A stretch of DNA of 64,000 nucleotides from Bugula neritina (Eukaryota > Animalia > Bryozoa): NCBI GenBank assembly GCA_964035545.1, contig OZ037766.1:9662722-9726721 (forward strand), read 5' to 3'. Below the pieces are notes generated by a model that was given only the letters and a program-made list of their open reading frames with translations, was not told the origin of the DNA and did no database searches. The position numbers were made by a program, and so were the translations under genes. Of this stretch, positions 1-13,574 are shown one piece after another (the first letter of the stretch is position 1; the number at the start of each line of letters is the position of its first letter).

Positions 1-537
1 TTTGATTAAGGAACATTCAACAGATCTCTGTTACCTAGAACACAGATTTTTGAATCTTTTCCATCAATGCTTGTGGCTGTTGTCATTTTAACTTATTCAT
101 CATTGTGATTAATACTTTCAGCTTTTTGTGGGAAATAGAAAAAAGCTTACCAGAGGCAATATGTGTTGTGTTTTGTTTGCTAAAACATGAATATAAGTTC
201 CAATGTCTATTGGTGTTGTGACCTCGTGAAAAGATTTATAGTATGCATAGTTACCTGTGGTGCCAAACCCTTTGAGCACTTCTGTAATTGGAAATTTTCT
301 CCAATTAGTTGTGCAATTTTAACATTGCAATAGACTTGCTCAAGATAACAAGACACTTTACCGGAGCTGGTTCAATGTTTTCCTACTGGATTTGACTATT
401 TGTATTTTTCAAATCTGTTTAATTTTCTTCTGCATATTTACCAATTTTGTTTAGCATTGTTATCTGGAAGCTAGATGCCGCATTTTTTAATTTGTTGTCA
501 TAAAATAAGTATTTTAAAGCAATAACTTAAACTTTAG

Positions 538-2492
538 GTTTATACAATGACGGAATATCAGCTGTTAAGTATCTTAAGAGTAGACCAGATGTGGACCCAA
601 ACAGGATAATCTTGCATGGGAGATCACTTGGTGGTGCGGTGGCAATAAACGTCGCAGTACAAGACACATGTTCTGATGTACAAGCTATAATTATTGAAAA
701 TACATTTACAACTTTATCAGATGTAGCAAAAAGAGTTCTCAATATTTCCCTGGTCAAGGTTTGTATTCATTCCTATAAATATGTAAAAAGTAAAAAAAAA
801 ATTATGCATACTTGATTTTCTTAGTGACCGTTTATAATAAGTTTTGTTATATAACCGTTTTTCGATGTATAGATTTATTTTTTAAAAAAATAGTTTCATG
901 TTATATTTTGTCTCATAAGGTTGACAACTTCAACTGCTATATTTACAATTTTTATTACAACCTAAAAGCCTTATTTCTTTTTTAAAGCAAGCATTCTGGT
1001 ATTTTACAGCTTGTGCAAAGTCTACATATTCAGTATGCTGTCTTCAAAACTATTTCCTCGTCAATTGTTGTATCTTAGAAATATTTGATGGCTGTATTTT
1101 AGTATATTCCTGATTGGTGCTATAAAAATAAGTACCGAAGCATAGAAAAAATAGCCAATGTTAGACACCCAACTCTGTTCCTCTCTGGTAGATTTGACAC
1201 TCTTGTCCCACCACGTCACATGGATGCTTTGTATATGGTTAGTACTTTCACTAATTTTTTCATATACAGAATTCTTCTCTAAAACTAGTCAATCGTCTAG
1301 TAGATCTGTTGAACAAATTTTGCCTCAAAATTTTAACCATAAAATTTTGTACTGAGCAGTGATTCTATTTTTCAAAAGTAATATTGGAACTAATATATCA
1401 CTCAGTTCCATTAAACCTCAGCAGTTGTTAAATTTACCGACTCCATTGACCATGTTTTTAAAGTATTGTCAGCAGTCACTGGTACTCCAGATTTCAAGCA
1501 TTGTGACCTAATTTTCTCTGACTCCAATATATATTTTTGTGTAATTTTAGCAACAACCAGTACCAATAATGTCCTCATATGTACTAATGATATGAGCATA
1601 CATTTACTTTGGATGTGTGAATTAGTTCTGCTGCTTGACAGGATTGAAAAGTTTGAGTCATCTCAAAAAAATAATTTCATTCTCAAATTGATATTTATCC
1701 AAAATTCTTTACTAATTTAAATTGAATTAGATGAAGGTTTTCAAATCCAAGTATTTTTTAACAAATATAGCTTCACTACATGTCAATGCATAATATAGGT
1801 TTATATTTAATCAATTGGTCTATGATCTTCATAAAGATAATAATTAATATTTGAAACAAAGTGTTCAAACATGCAGCATAGTTTTATTTAAAGCTGCTCA
1901 AATGTTTTAACTCATAGGTTAATGCTCAATTTTACATCTTATTTGTTCCTATTTTTGTTAGAACTTTTTTTCAACTCTATGGCTAATCTTTAGTATATTA
2001 TTATTCCTGAATTTTCAGTAAAAATAACAACTTTTTTCATTGCTCTGAGGCAGTTTTACTGCGTGAACACTTGCTGTTTAAACAACCATATTTGCTGTAT
2101 ATCAGATGAGAGTTTCAACTTTCCAATAAAACTTTAGAAAATGAGTGCATCGCTTTGTGCCAAATACATAACTGCAACTGCTGCATTAACTTTGTATTGT
2201 GCTTTAGTTTATGATTGATTATCTAATGGTATTTTGCACTTTTTAGAGTTGTCTTAGTGTGGTTTTATAATTGCAATCTTGATTTGTTGCTAGTGAGGAA
2301 AATGATAAGCTAAATGTGCAGATGCATGCATTACATAAAGAACCAATGGTCTCAGTAATATTACTTTTGATTTAACAGGCTAGCGGCTCTGTAAAGAAAG
2401 AAATGTCAAGCTTTCCCAAAGGTACTCATAATGAAACATGGACTGAACCTGGCTACTTCTTTGCAATTAATAATTTTTTACAGTGTCTATAA
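538..2492 (+). CDS. ABHD13: Alpha/beta hydrolase ABHD13-like, last three coding exons (538-758, 1103-1237, 2379-2492); 5' part lies outside the window
   Basis: Phase-compatible GT-AG exons give GLYNDG...IILHGRSLGGAVA (nucleophile Ser), IIIENTFT, LFLSGRFDTLVPP (Asp) and FPKGTHNETW (His), ending in TAA at 2490-2492. Confidence 0.88.
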
Positions 2493-3496
2493 TAGCTGAA
2501 ATCTCCCATGTATGCCTTCCTCATAAAGTTCTGTAGGTATAAATCTCTGTTACACCTATTGCTGAATAATCAGTAAGCTTATCATTTTTAATACAAATAT
2601 AATAAACTAATACTTAGCAACCCATATTTACTTTCACTAATAATTTAGTTTGTCATTACAATCTAATATTTGTTTTACAACTCCAGATGCACATGGTGCT
2701 CACAGAGTCTCAGTGTCCCAAACTCAATGCAAAATGAACACTTCTGTCAGTTTTTCAATTAGCTAATTTGCATCTTTTTTATGTGAATAACTCAGTTTTA
2801 GCACTCAAATTTGTGAACTCAAACAGTATTTCAGGTTGTAGTCATTCTACTAAATATTCGCTAAGAAGCAGTGAATGAGTATTTGTGAAATCTTTGATGT
2901 TCTATTGAAAGTTTTTTTTTTTTTCATTTTCTGTATGTTTCAATAAATAATATTTTCTGGTATACATGAGTGAATTATTTGCATTTTAATATATATTGTG
3001 TTTTTTGTTCTGTTTTCCAACTCAATGTGAAAATGATTCTATTACTAGTATTAAAAATATTTAAGTTGTAAATATTCAATAAATGGTTTTGAAGTAAACA
3101 ATATATATGTTGCTAGTCAGGTGCAATATTGACACAACAAAAGCTAACTAACATCATATAGTCTACATATCATTATACCTAACTAGTAAAACTGTAAATG
3201 AACACTATTGTTCCAAGAAGTGTTGGTTGGTGCTGCAAGTGCATGGTATAATAGTATTTTGCTCTGCATTTTATTTATAAATTTATTACAAATATAAATA
3301 CATGTGGGATGGTTACAGATTAGTACCACAACAATTTTAGGCATAGAAGCTATGGTTTATGGCATCATGCTGATATGCATTGCCTGTACTATTCTATTCC
3401 TTATCTAACTAAAACAAGCTTGGTATCACAGCAAATTTTCAGCAATTTTGTTAAAATTATTTCATTTTCAATAGAAAATTCGCAATTATTTAGTAC

Positions 3497-3628
3497 TATA
3501 AGCAACTCGGGGGGGGGGGGGGGTGATTTTAGTTGGAGATTTCAAGTTTGGAGTTAGGTCCTCAACTCCAAATTTGAGACTTCCGAACTAAAGTCGTCCT
3601 TTACCCCCCCAATTCAAAGCTGCTTATA
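3497..3628. repeat. Imperfect ~130-bp palindrome (hairpin or MITE-like remnant)
   Basis: TATAAGCA..Gn..TTTAGTTGGAGATTTCAAGTTTGGAGTTAGG is mirrored by CCTCAACTCCAAATTTGAGACTTCCGAACTAAAG..Cn..TGCTTATA. Confidence 0.75.
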
Positions 3629-3969
3629 ACAGAATTCGTCTGCAATGACTTATTATAGCCACTGCTCCTTGTCACTATTTACCAAAAAGTGTAGACGGGT
3701 GGGTTCAACCTTGATCCATTGAACTCAATTTTTAGTTCAGTGACGTTGACCTTCGAATGCCATTGGCGGTAAAATCAACACTGTAATTCGCAAAAATCAA
3801 CATAACAATGTTTTTTTTTCTTGACAAAATGAAGATAAAACTTTTTGTTTGAAATTTCATATTAATATAATTTAGAGAATACGATTGCGAAGCTTTTGAT
3901 CAAACTTACATCACCGGCAATGCCAACTATACCACTAATTTTACTTCGTTACTGTAACTCTGTCTCCAG

Positions 3970-4016
3970 CAGCAGTACTAGTAGACTGTAGAGTACTAGT
4001 ACTAGTAGTACTACGT

Positions 4017-4049
<33 letters not shown>

Positions 4050-4570
4050 TTAGTAGTACACTACTAGTACTTCTAGTAGTACTACTAGTAGTAGTAGCAG
4101 TAGTAGTAGTAGTAACTATAATAATCATAAACTAGTAGTAGTACATTAGTCATTAGTACTACTACTACGTCTACTCACTACTGGTACTGCAATAGTGAAT
4201 AGACCTAGTACTAGCAGTAGTACTAGTAGGGTAGTGTTACAGTATTGCTATTAGTATTACTGTATTGCATTTAGTAGTACTACTAGTAGTAGTAGGACTA
4301 GTAGTACTAGTCCTACTGCTACTATTACGTTTACTATTAGTATTAGTATAACTATTGGAGCCTAGCACTACTAGTACTACTAGAGTCTAAACTCTTGACT
4401 CTAGTAGTATTAGTATTACACTATTACTAGTAGTAGTACTACTACGAATACTAATAGTGTAATGCCCATACTGTTATATTATTAATATTATAATTGTGGT
4501 GCTATTATAATAACTATTTTAATATTAGATTTAATAATGCAGTAGTCGTAGTCGTAGCAGTAAAAAGCCA
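3970..4570. repeat. Degenerate (ACT/AGT)n microsatellite tract upstream of ORC4
   Basis: Runs of TACTACTAC and TAGTAGTAG in both orientations, with ACTAGT/AGTACT palindromic junctions. Confidence 0.9.
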
Positions 4571-5229
4571 ACTATAATATTAATAATAGTGTAAATTGAA
4601 ATATTAGTATTTTAATATTAGCATATGATAATTATAATAGAAAATCTACTAAGTGTAACTGTAAGAATTTCATTTTCATATTGATATTTAATTTTATTAC
4701 CGTTGCCCTTTTGGTGTTGATGAAGTATCACAAGACACAAAGTTGGTTTTAAACATTATTTTTTAAAAATAATTAATATCATTATAGATTCTTTTTTCTA
4801 TTAAGATAAAGATGTGATCATTGGGGTGATGAAACTAAATAAAATTAATTTTGAGTTTTGTAAGCTAGAGAATCAGAAGGGTCATACTATTCGGTCTAGT
4901 TCAAACATATTTTCTTAATTTTTAATTGAATGATTAGTGTTTAATTTTACTAATACGCAATAACTGTAAAACACACTGAAGTCAGTTATTTTTTAGATAA
5001 TCAACAGGCTATCATTTTAACAGCTGTTTACTATTTTATGTTGTTATTTGGCACAAATATTTATAATACGTATTTTAATTTAGCATTTAGCTAACATATT
5101 TCTAAACTTTCATGACATCTTACATGCAATATATAGCTGATATAAGAGTATCTAATAAATATTAGAGAAATCATGGTTTATTCTAGTTAAATTTAAATGA
5201 AGAACATATATTTTAGAGTAAAATTTGAA

Positions 5230-8112
5230 ATGGTTGTATGCAATGATGCCGTTGCTGCATGTGACATTTTGATGGAAGAAATGTTCAATGGCACTAATCT
5301 GGATGTCCAAGTTCAAGATGATATCCATGCACAGAATATTTATGATCTCAAATGCCTAATTGATAAGTGTGTCTTGTATGGTAAGACTCATTCATCAGGT
5401 TTATGGTTATATGGCTTAGTCTTAACTTCATCTTTCTATCTTTAATAACCATGCAATGTCATTAGGGGTGCTTCCAAAAAATTTAAAACTTTACTCCTTT
5501 TTAATGCAGAATATGTGTTGTAGCACATCATTATACAAGTTGCACTATGCTCTGTATTCATACAAGTTAAACATAGTTTTGATGATCATGACAGTTTAAT
5601 TATAGTCATATAAGTTGCCCTTAAATACATTTGTTGATGGACAATTATTAATCAATTTTGCTTGGCAAAACCAAACTTTAAATGTAGTATTTTGCTATTA
5701 AGAGTGTTATATTTTTATCGTCATGTATTGTCATTATATATCTGAAATACCATCAGATTTGTTTTGTTTTCACAGCTTTCAATTAATTTTTAAAAATATG
5801 TTCCAGGGGAAAGTAACTCTATATTGGTTGTTGGTCCACGAGGTTGTGGAAAGACTCACGTCGTCAATTCGACTATTGCGAAAGTGTTAAAAAACAAGCA
5901 GGATGACGTTGGCATAGTAAGTATGGTTATTTGTAATGGTACAAAGATTACCAAAAACATTTACTCCATTTTTTCAGATGCAGGTTTATTACAAGTACTT
6001 GTCAGGAAATGGCATGTTTTTGTAATTTTATGTTTTAGGTTCGTTTGAATGGTTTACTGCAAACTGATGACAACATAGCGTTGGAGGAAATAACTAGACA
6101 ACTGAAGCTTGAGAATGTAGTGCAGGATATGGTGTTTGGCTCTTTCGAACAGAAGATGCAGTTTTTACTTGAATCGTTGAGAGCCGGATCAAAAGACAGT
6201 CAGCCAATCGTTTTCATTTTAGATGAGTTTGATTTATTTGCAAATCATCGAAATCAAACTTTATTGTACAATCTCTTTGACATAGCACAGACTAAACAGA
6301 CCCCCATTTCTGTTATAGGTAAGTTTTAATGAACTTGGAAGTTGTGTCATCAGTCTAAATGCTGAGCAATAAAATGAAGCTGTCTGTTGGCCTGGTTAAA
6401 TTATTCCTGTATACTGTATAGCTTTAAAAGACATTCTGAATATCCTAGTTTTTTTCGCTTGTAAATATCAATTAAATTAGATTTTTATTTTTCTAAAAAG
6501 AAATTCATATTTAATCTTTCAAGAGCAATTTTTATAATTAATTTCCTGATTTTTAAATGCTACTCTGTTGATAAGTACTTCGTAAATCTTCATATTGTGT
6601 CCTATTCAATTAATAGTTTGACTTTAGGTGTAACCTGTCGTCTCGATGTCACGGAACTGTTAGAAAAACGAGTGAAATCTCGATTTTCTCACAGATACAT
6701 CTACATGTTTCAGAGACTCGCTTTTTCTACACTTTTTGAGACTCTAGCATTTTGGTTAAAACTTCCAGACAAATACTGCAAGCGCAAAGCATCATATGCC
6801 ATTCAGTGGAACAAAAGAATGGATAATTTACTGCAGGACTCTCAAATCAAAGACGAAATGTTATTTCGATTCAACATGATAACAGATATGCACTCTGTCA
6901 AACAGATGGCTGCAAAAATAGTTGGTAACTGCAGAGATATAGAAGCAACATCTCTTCCTGAGGAAAAACATTTTCTAGATGCATTTAAAGTTTTAGAATT
7001 AGACTGTAAAGCTGCCATGTTGCAAGGTTAGTTAACATGCTTCGCCAAGTGACCGTTATGCCGTAGACACTGCCTATAATCAAATTTTCATTTTTGAAGC
7101 TTGTTGTGATTTGTATTTTGTCAAGAACAATATATGCGCAGCCACAAATAAAAAATATCTTGGCAGTGAAAAATGAAATGGAAAAATAGTTGGCAAAAAT
7201 AGGAAATTTATATTGTGATATGTTACAGGGGCTATTATAAATAGTTGAAAGTTTTTTGTTTGAAAAAAACTCCTTAAATCCTTTTCATTATTAAATAAAT
7301 AACAGAGCTATTGTGCATAGCATTACTGTATAGTTCTTTTCTATGCACTGTATAGGCCATAGGGCATTTTAACAGTGTCTAAAAGTCTTCCAAATATTGA
7401 ATGTGTCTTCCCACTTTTTAGAAGTTGATGCAATTTCTGTTTTGCAAAATATGCAATAACTGTAAAATAATTTGAGATGCCTCAAAATCTACCCAAAATC
7501 GCTTGTAATATATAAAAACTAGGCATGTGGCAAAGCTGAGTCCTAGTTTCAAGTGTTTCAAATTTGAAAACTACTGCAGTATATCAATCTTGTGCAAATA
7601 TTAAGCATTTCAAGGCGTGTTATTGCTTGTTAGTTCTGTGTAATTGTATTTACTGGGATTACAAATGACGTGATATTATTTTGACATGCGAGTTTACACA
7701 AAGTTCATGAGTTTACAGGAAACATGTTGGTAAATTATCTATTTTTATTTTCTCGCTTTTAGGTACATCAATCTTAGAGCTTTGCTTGATTATAGCGATG
7801 AAGCATCTAACTGAAATCTATGAATCTGGTGAACCATTCAATTTCCAAATGGTCTACGCCCACTACAAAAAATTTAGTGAACGAAAATCATCTATGAAAA
7901 CCTGCCCCAAGCCCATCGCTATGAAAGCTTTTGAACACTTGATAGATCTTGAGATTGTCAAACCTGTGGACCATTCTCCTGCGTTACTAAAACAATATCG
8001 CTCAATGAGGCTACTGGTGACATCTAAGGAAATAGAAAATGCCGTATTGCAATACAATGGTTGTCCTGCTGATGTAAAACAGTGGTCATTTATTGACTCT
8101 GTTCATTTGTAA
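5230..8112 (+). CDS. ORC4: Origin recognition complex subunit 4, 5 coding exons (5230-5380, 5807-5916, 6039-6318, 6628-7026, 7763-8112), ~429 aa
   Basis: [17 protein letters not shown] (Walker A), [32 protein letters not shown] (Walker B), [22 protein letters not shown]-terminal FNFQMVY..KAFEHL; all junctions in phase. Confidence 0.96.
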
Positions 8113-8840
8113 TGTCTCTTTATATTTTTAGTATTTTGTTTGTAATATAATTAAGAAATCCTATTATTAGAAAATTGCCGTTGAACTCATTTTTAATCAC
8201 AAATTGTTGGTATTATACCAGTATTTTTAACAAGTAGTTTGAAAAATACAAATCATTTTAGTTTGCTGTACAATATTTTGTGTTATAAAAACTGTAATAA
8301 TCAAGGTTTCAAGCATATCTTGAATACATGGAATATTTTTATTGCAATATATTATAATCATGACACATAAAAGAAGCCCTTCTTAGTTTAAGTTTACATC
8401 ATATTATTTTCTGGTCTATGCAATTAATAGTAAATTATCTATTTAACATTTGAATTTTTGAAAGTATAATTACATTAAGCTGCTTGTCCAGGGAGAATGT
8501 ATAATGGTGAATGTGAACTCTAGGAAATCAAGTAAGGTTGTTAAATATAAAAAGAATCTAGTTCTGTTACCCTTATGTTCATAAGTCATGCAAGTTTACT
8601 TAGTAATGAAATGAAATATATAACGTATGCAGTCATAGTAATAGTGCAATGTGGTTAAAGCCAAATACTATCAATATTTCAATACCTCCCACTGCTTGCC
8701 ACAGAAATTATGTCTTGTACAACTTTACCTTATGATTGATGAACTATAATCTAACCTAAGCCACCAGTATATTATGTAATATATAATTGTGTGTATTTGT
8801 ATAATTATATATAAAATTATTTAGTGTTGATTGACTGTAG

Positions 8841-9595
8841 ATTGCAGTAATTTTCAAAGATGTAGATCATCGAAGCGGTGTCAAAATAGTGGACTCGGCA
8901 GGCAAAGAAATGGAAATGGTAGTATATGTGTGTTATATAACACCTATAACTGTGAATGCATTTTTGTCATTGTGATGCTTATTTTTGAATATGGATAAAC
9001 AAGAAAAATATGTTTTATTCCTTATATATGCAATTTTCTTACCATACTGGCATTAAATAATTATAGGCTGCTCTAAAATAAAAAACAATATTACATAGGG
9101 CGCCGAAGATCTGGGTCAGCAAACAGTTGCAAAACAATTATTACCAATGTAAAAAAGGGCAGAGTGGCGAAAAGAACAACCAAATCCAAGAAAAAGCAAA
9201 GAAATGGTTCAACAGTCATAAAACCTAAAAAAAGTGCAACTGCTAGATGTTCTGCAGCTAAGGCATCATCTGGCTGCTCTTCAACGCGGTTGGCTAGCTG
9301 CAAACATTCTGACTCTTTTTCTAAGGCTTCCTCTTCTAGAAAATGCATTTCTCCTCAAAGTTCATGGAGTGATTGCACTGACATCTCATCTCAAAGTACA
9401 TCTACAGTCTCTGTCAGTCCCTCTAGTATCCTTAAGGCGAGAGACAGTGGCCCCACCTGTGAGATGCCTGTCAGGTTCAAGCTGCCACATTCTTCTCGAA
9501 TAGTTTATCCGGCAAAATCTTATCAGCAATCATCAAGTCAACACTTTGAAAGTGATGAAGACAGTGAAATATTTTTAGATACCCAAGACTACTAG
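8841..9595 (+). CDS. Hypothetical basic Ser/Lys/Arg/Cys-rich protein; exons ~8841-8917 and 9099-9595, start exon unresolved
   Basis: GC-richer 497-nt open terminal exon after a TAG acceptor; an in-phase open upstream exon (CSNFQRCRSSKRCQNSGLGRQRNGN); AATAAA at ~9656; no recognisable domain. Confidence 0.5.
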
Positions 9596-10874
9596 ACTTT
9601 CCATATTTTGTGCATTATGTATACGTGTATAATGTGTTAATATTTATAATATATAAATAAAATGCAAGTAAAACATGTCGCATTATCTAATTTCTCACCT
9701 ATATTAGTGTATTTTCTCTGTCAATATTATGATTATATTAGAAATATTTTAGCATTTGCAATAGTACTTGCACTGGTTTTATGTAAAAGTGAACTTTATA
9801 GAAAAACGTCTTCTGTCTACACTTATGTTGATGTGTGAGGAAAATATGTACGATTTCTCAAAAACTTTTAATGCTACATTGTTGCAATATTACATTTTTA
9901 GCATTTGGTAGATTATATTATTCCAAGAGTAAATATTAAAAATCAACTGCAATATATGCAGCAAATTTGAAATAATCACTAAAGGCTTTCTGTGCCCTAA
10001 ATCTGTACATTCTCAAAACTTTTATTTAAACTTAATTAATGTCTTACAAAATATAATTGACTACAACAACCATGCTAATATTTATTTATGGAAATTAATA
10101 AAAACAGCCTACTTATTTGACCCTGCCATTCCAAACAAAATTATACTATGTATTTAGCTGCTTCTAAATACATTGTAGTACATTATCATAAGCTCAAAAA
10201 AAATGTAGCTTTATCACACGTAATGTAAAGGCAGTCTCTATGCACAAAGTTATATTTGCCTTGTCATCAGAGATATAATAGAAAATATGTTATTGAAACG
10301 CCATAATTTGAAAACATAATTTGCTTATAAAGAAGACTTGGCTTGAGATACATATTTTATGCATACCGCTAAGTATTTCTGAGTTGTTTTGTTTCTTTTA
10401 CCTTAAAATACAGCCAATATAATAATATTATATTATATAATAACATAATAAAACCTTACACCCTTTTCAGTGAGGCCAAGCCAACTTAATTGAAGTTGTC
10501 TTTTCTATATTGAAATCATCACGTGACTGTACATTTACTTTGACTTTAATACAAAATGGCTGCCTGTAAAAAAGTAATAATCTGAATATAAAATTGAATA
10601 TGCAACATAATGACATGCTCAAGTGATGTGTCGATATAAAAATTTCAGGCGATATAAATCTTTAAATTTGTTTGTACAAATAACTAAAATATGAATAATG
10701 CATTGAATAAAGCTTATTCTATAACTATAAGGCTTATAGTTATTAGTTATTACTTATAATTATATTTATAAGTATTTTAATTTTATTAATAAAAATAATT
10801 AAATTTAAATTAAGTTATTAAATATTATAATTACTATTATTATCATTATTGGAAATGAATTGAATTTTATTATT

Positions 10875-12175
10875 ATTAATCTTAAATGGGAAAAACAAAT
10901 TAACTCTACAATTACCAAAGCCACTAAAATCCTAGGTGACATAAAATCGACATTAATGATTATAATTATAGTCATAATGATAATCATAATGCTCCTAAAA
11001 AAGATAAGATGTTGGCGTATCTAACATTAGTTAGACCAGTGCTAGAATATTCCAGTGAGGTATGGGACCCCCATTATTTAAAAGGCATATACAAAGTAGA
11101 ACTAGTCCAAAACAAGGCACTGCCGCTGCGGTTCATATTGAGTTTAAATGGAATTCAAAGTATGACCAAGGCTCGAGAACAGCTAAATATAGAAACGTTG
11201 GAGTCACACAGAAAATCAAGGCGTATAAAGTTACTGCTTCAATTCCTAGCTAATGAAAATGTCTGTCCTGAAATTAATAATGCCTTACAGTAGGTACATC
11301 AAGTATCCTTTAGCCCCGCCTACTTTCGCAAAATCGAGTGGCATCGATAGCCCGAGCAAAATCTGGAAAGCGTACAGTGCAGAAAACCTGTTTAGACCTC
11401 TTTTTGATTTGCTAATAACTTTTAGTATAGTTCATGCAGAGAAAATTTGAAGATATCATTGTGTAGCAGAGCCTTTTATTAAACTGATTTTATGATCACG
11501 AACCCCTTCAAATCCTCTGCTCCTTGTAGTAAGTAGTGTTGAAGTATAGTAAAAATCCATGTTTTTCAATCGATAATCTAAGTTATAATTTGTGACAGAT
11601 ATGCAAAATGAATATATTTTAATACCATCTCTAAAGGTTTTCTATCAATTGAAGTATTAATATGGTGATATTATGTTTTAGCTATTTAGTTATAATGATT
11701 TAAGTCGAAGGCTATGCTCGAGACTTGTAGATTTTTGAAATAGCCATTACGCTATTGTTGCTAAACGCATGAAAATAAGTGGGTTCGCTAAAGCATTCAT
11801 GGCGTGAAGATTTAATTGCTCGGGTATCTGGTTGAACGCCATAAATTTATAAGTTAATATCTGCACTTGTAGTTGATCTTGCCTGTTGAGAGTGCATTGA
11901 AGCTCACTCAAATTTTCTTGTCTACCGATCTAACCTAATATTAAACTGTAAAGCATTACTTGAAAATTATCATTTGATGTACCTACTTACAGGAACTAAC
12001 AAATTGTCAAGACATATGCCTCGTTCATTACTAACAAATTCTAACATATACTTTAATAGTTTCCTTCCAAGGACAATACGAGACCTTAGAATCTCTGAAG
12101 TCACGCCTTTAAAACACTCCTCCGTGAAGGTCTCCTCTTCCCTCTCGAAGGTCTAGAGACTCAACACAGATACAT
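10875..12175 (+). mobile_element. 5'-truncated non-LTR retrotransposon (CR1/L2-group-like) ORF2 C-terminal fragment, split by a DNA-transposon insertion
   Basis: LKWEKQINSTITKATKILG..., AYLTLVRPVLEYSSEVWDPH...VELVQNKA, LETLESHRK-like segment, and after the insertion YFNSFLPRTIRD; these are typical post-RT LINE motifs. Confidence 0.85.
11291..11985. mobile_element. Non-autonomous TIR DNA transposon (~695 bp) nested in the LINE
   Basis: TIR TAGGTACATCAA (11291-11302) / TTGATGTACCTA (11974-11985), flanked by direct repeat CTTACAG (11284-11290, 11986-11992). Confidence 0.85.
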
Positions 12176-12309
12176 ATTAGTATTATAAAGTTTGAATTAT
12201 AATTATTAATTAATTTCAAGTTAGTTTTATCTTAACCTTTGATTTTCGAAGAACGAGGGCAATGTGAAAATGAAAGTGAATGTCAAATACTTGAAATACT
12301 GAAATGGAA

Positions 12310-12810
12310 AGAATTAGTATCACTATCAGTATGACTATGAGATTGAGCATCTAAATTTTATCATCATCAGATTTAGGGTCACTATATCATTATTCATTAT
12401 GATTATCAATATGAATATGAGTATTTGACAGTGACTGTGATTCAGTTAGTGAATGATTGTCATGGTGGTTGTAAGACTAAGTGTAACACTAACAGTAACT
12501 CTAACTGCATCAGTATGAGTATGGTAATGGATATTGCTATAGCTATATGTATAAGATTAAGTATCAATATGAGTTATAATCATAACTAAAAGTTTAATTA
12601 TAGATCATTATAAATTATATTACAGTAATAATACCACAGTTACTATAAGTATCAGTATGAGATTAAGTAACACTAATCACTATCACACTAATACTAATAA
12701 TCATAATGACTGTAATGTCACAGTGAACTTGGTGCACTATCAGTATTATTATCATTATGACTATCAAATCAAATGCTTAGTCTATGACATGATATGTAGT
12801 TACTACTTAT
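12310..12810. repeat. Degenerate ATC/AGT/ACT-rich low-complexity tract upstream of the TTC31-like gene
   Basis: Recurrent ACTATCAGTAT, ATCATTATGA and AGTAAC motifs. Confidence 0.65.
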
Positions 12811-13574
12811 TGTAAATTGTAATACTATTAAGCTAAATGCAGGTTTTATTAGTTTTTGAGAAATAAAAACATTTAAATATCAGCAGGAATAAAATTAACA
12901 GTTGAACATATTGGTATTATTAATATATAACATATCAGAACTATTTTATTTTGCGTATATAGGGCAGCTTCATGTATAAAAAAAATCACGTTGCAATATT
13001 TCTGTCAAGAAAATCAAGGAGTTTTGAGAAAAAGCATTGAAGTGTGCAATTTCATTGCTTTTATAATTTTATATTATTTATGTGCGAAACTTTTTTAAAA
13101 TAAAGTTGATTCCTACATTATAGGAGCATCAAATATCAGAAGATAAATACTACTGATCAAATACATCCCAGGTTATTGTGCCAACACTAATAAATATAAT
13201 TATGATTATAGACATTGGATAAAAGAAAATGAAACTATTACAATTAAATTCATCGTGATATTGCATACTTATTCAATTTTTATCATTATTAATCAGTTAT
13301 GAGTTATTCAACTATTTACAGTGATAATTAGTATAAAATGAGCGGTTATTATTACTAGTGAATTTCTGTCAGTGACAGTATTTGTTAATCACGCATGTGC
13401 TGCCTTTAACACTTTTTAGACTGAAATTTTAGAACCACCCATTTTTACAGCCACATTTATGCTAGTCATTAACCAATATTTAAGTTTTTCCTTTTACATA
13501 AATGCTGACAAATATGTTTTACACAAAGCTTTAGTTTTCTGAAATATTTGTCATTATCCATTATGCCAAAAATG

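Noticed and set aside
1-480. Nested antisense micro-exons in an ABHD13 intron
   Set aside because: Splice-like signals exist, but all frames of the larger candidate exon contain stops
3640-3960. Minus-strand gene divergent from ORC4
   Set aside because: Donor and acceptor present but only very short ORFs; a lncRNA cannot be supported from sequence alone
10467-10525. C/D snoRNA candidate on the minus strand (GTGATGA...CTGA)
   Set aside because: No terminal stem and no rRNA complementarity that I could recognise
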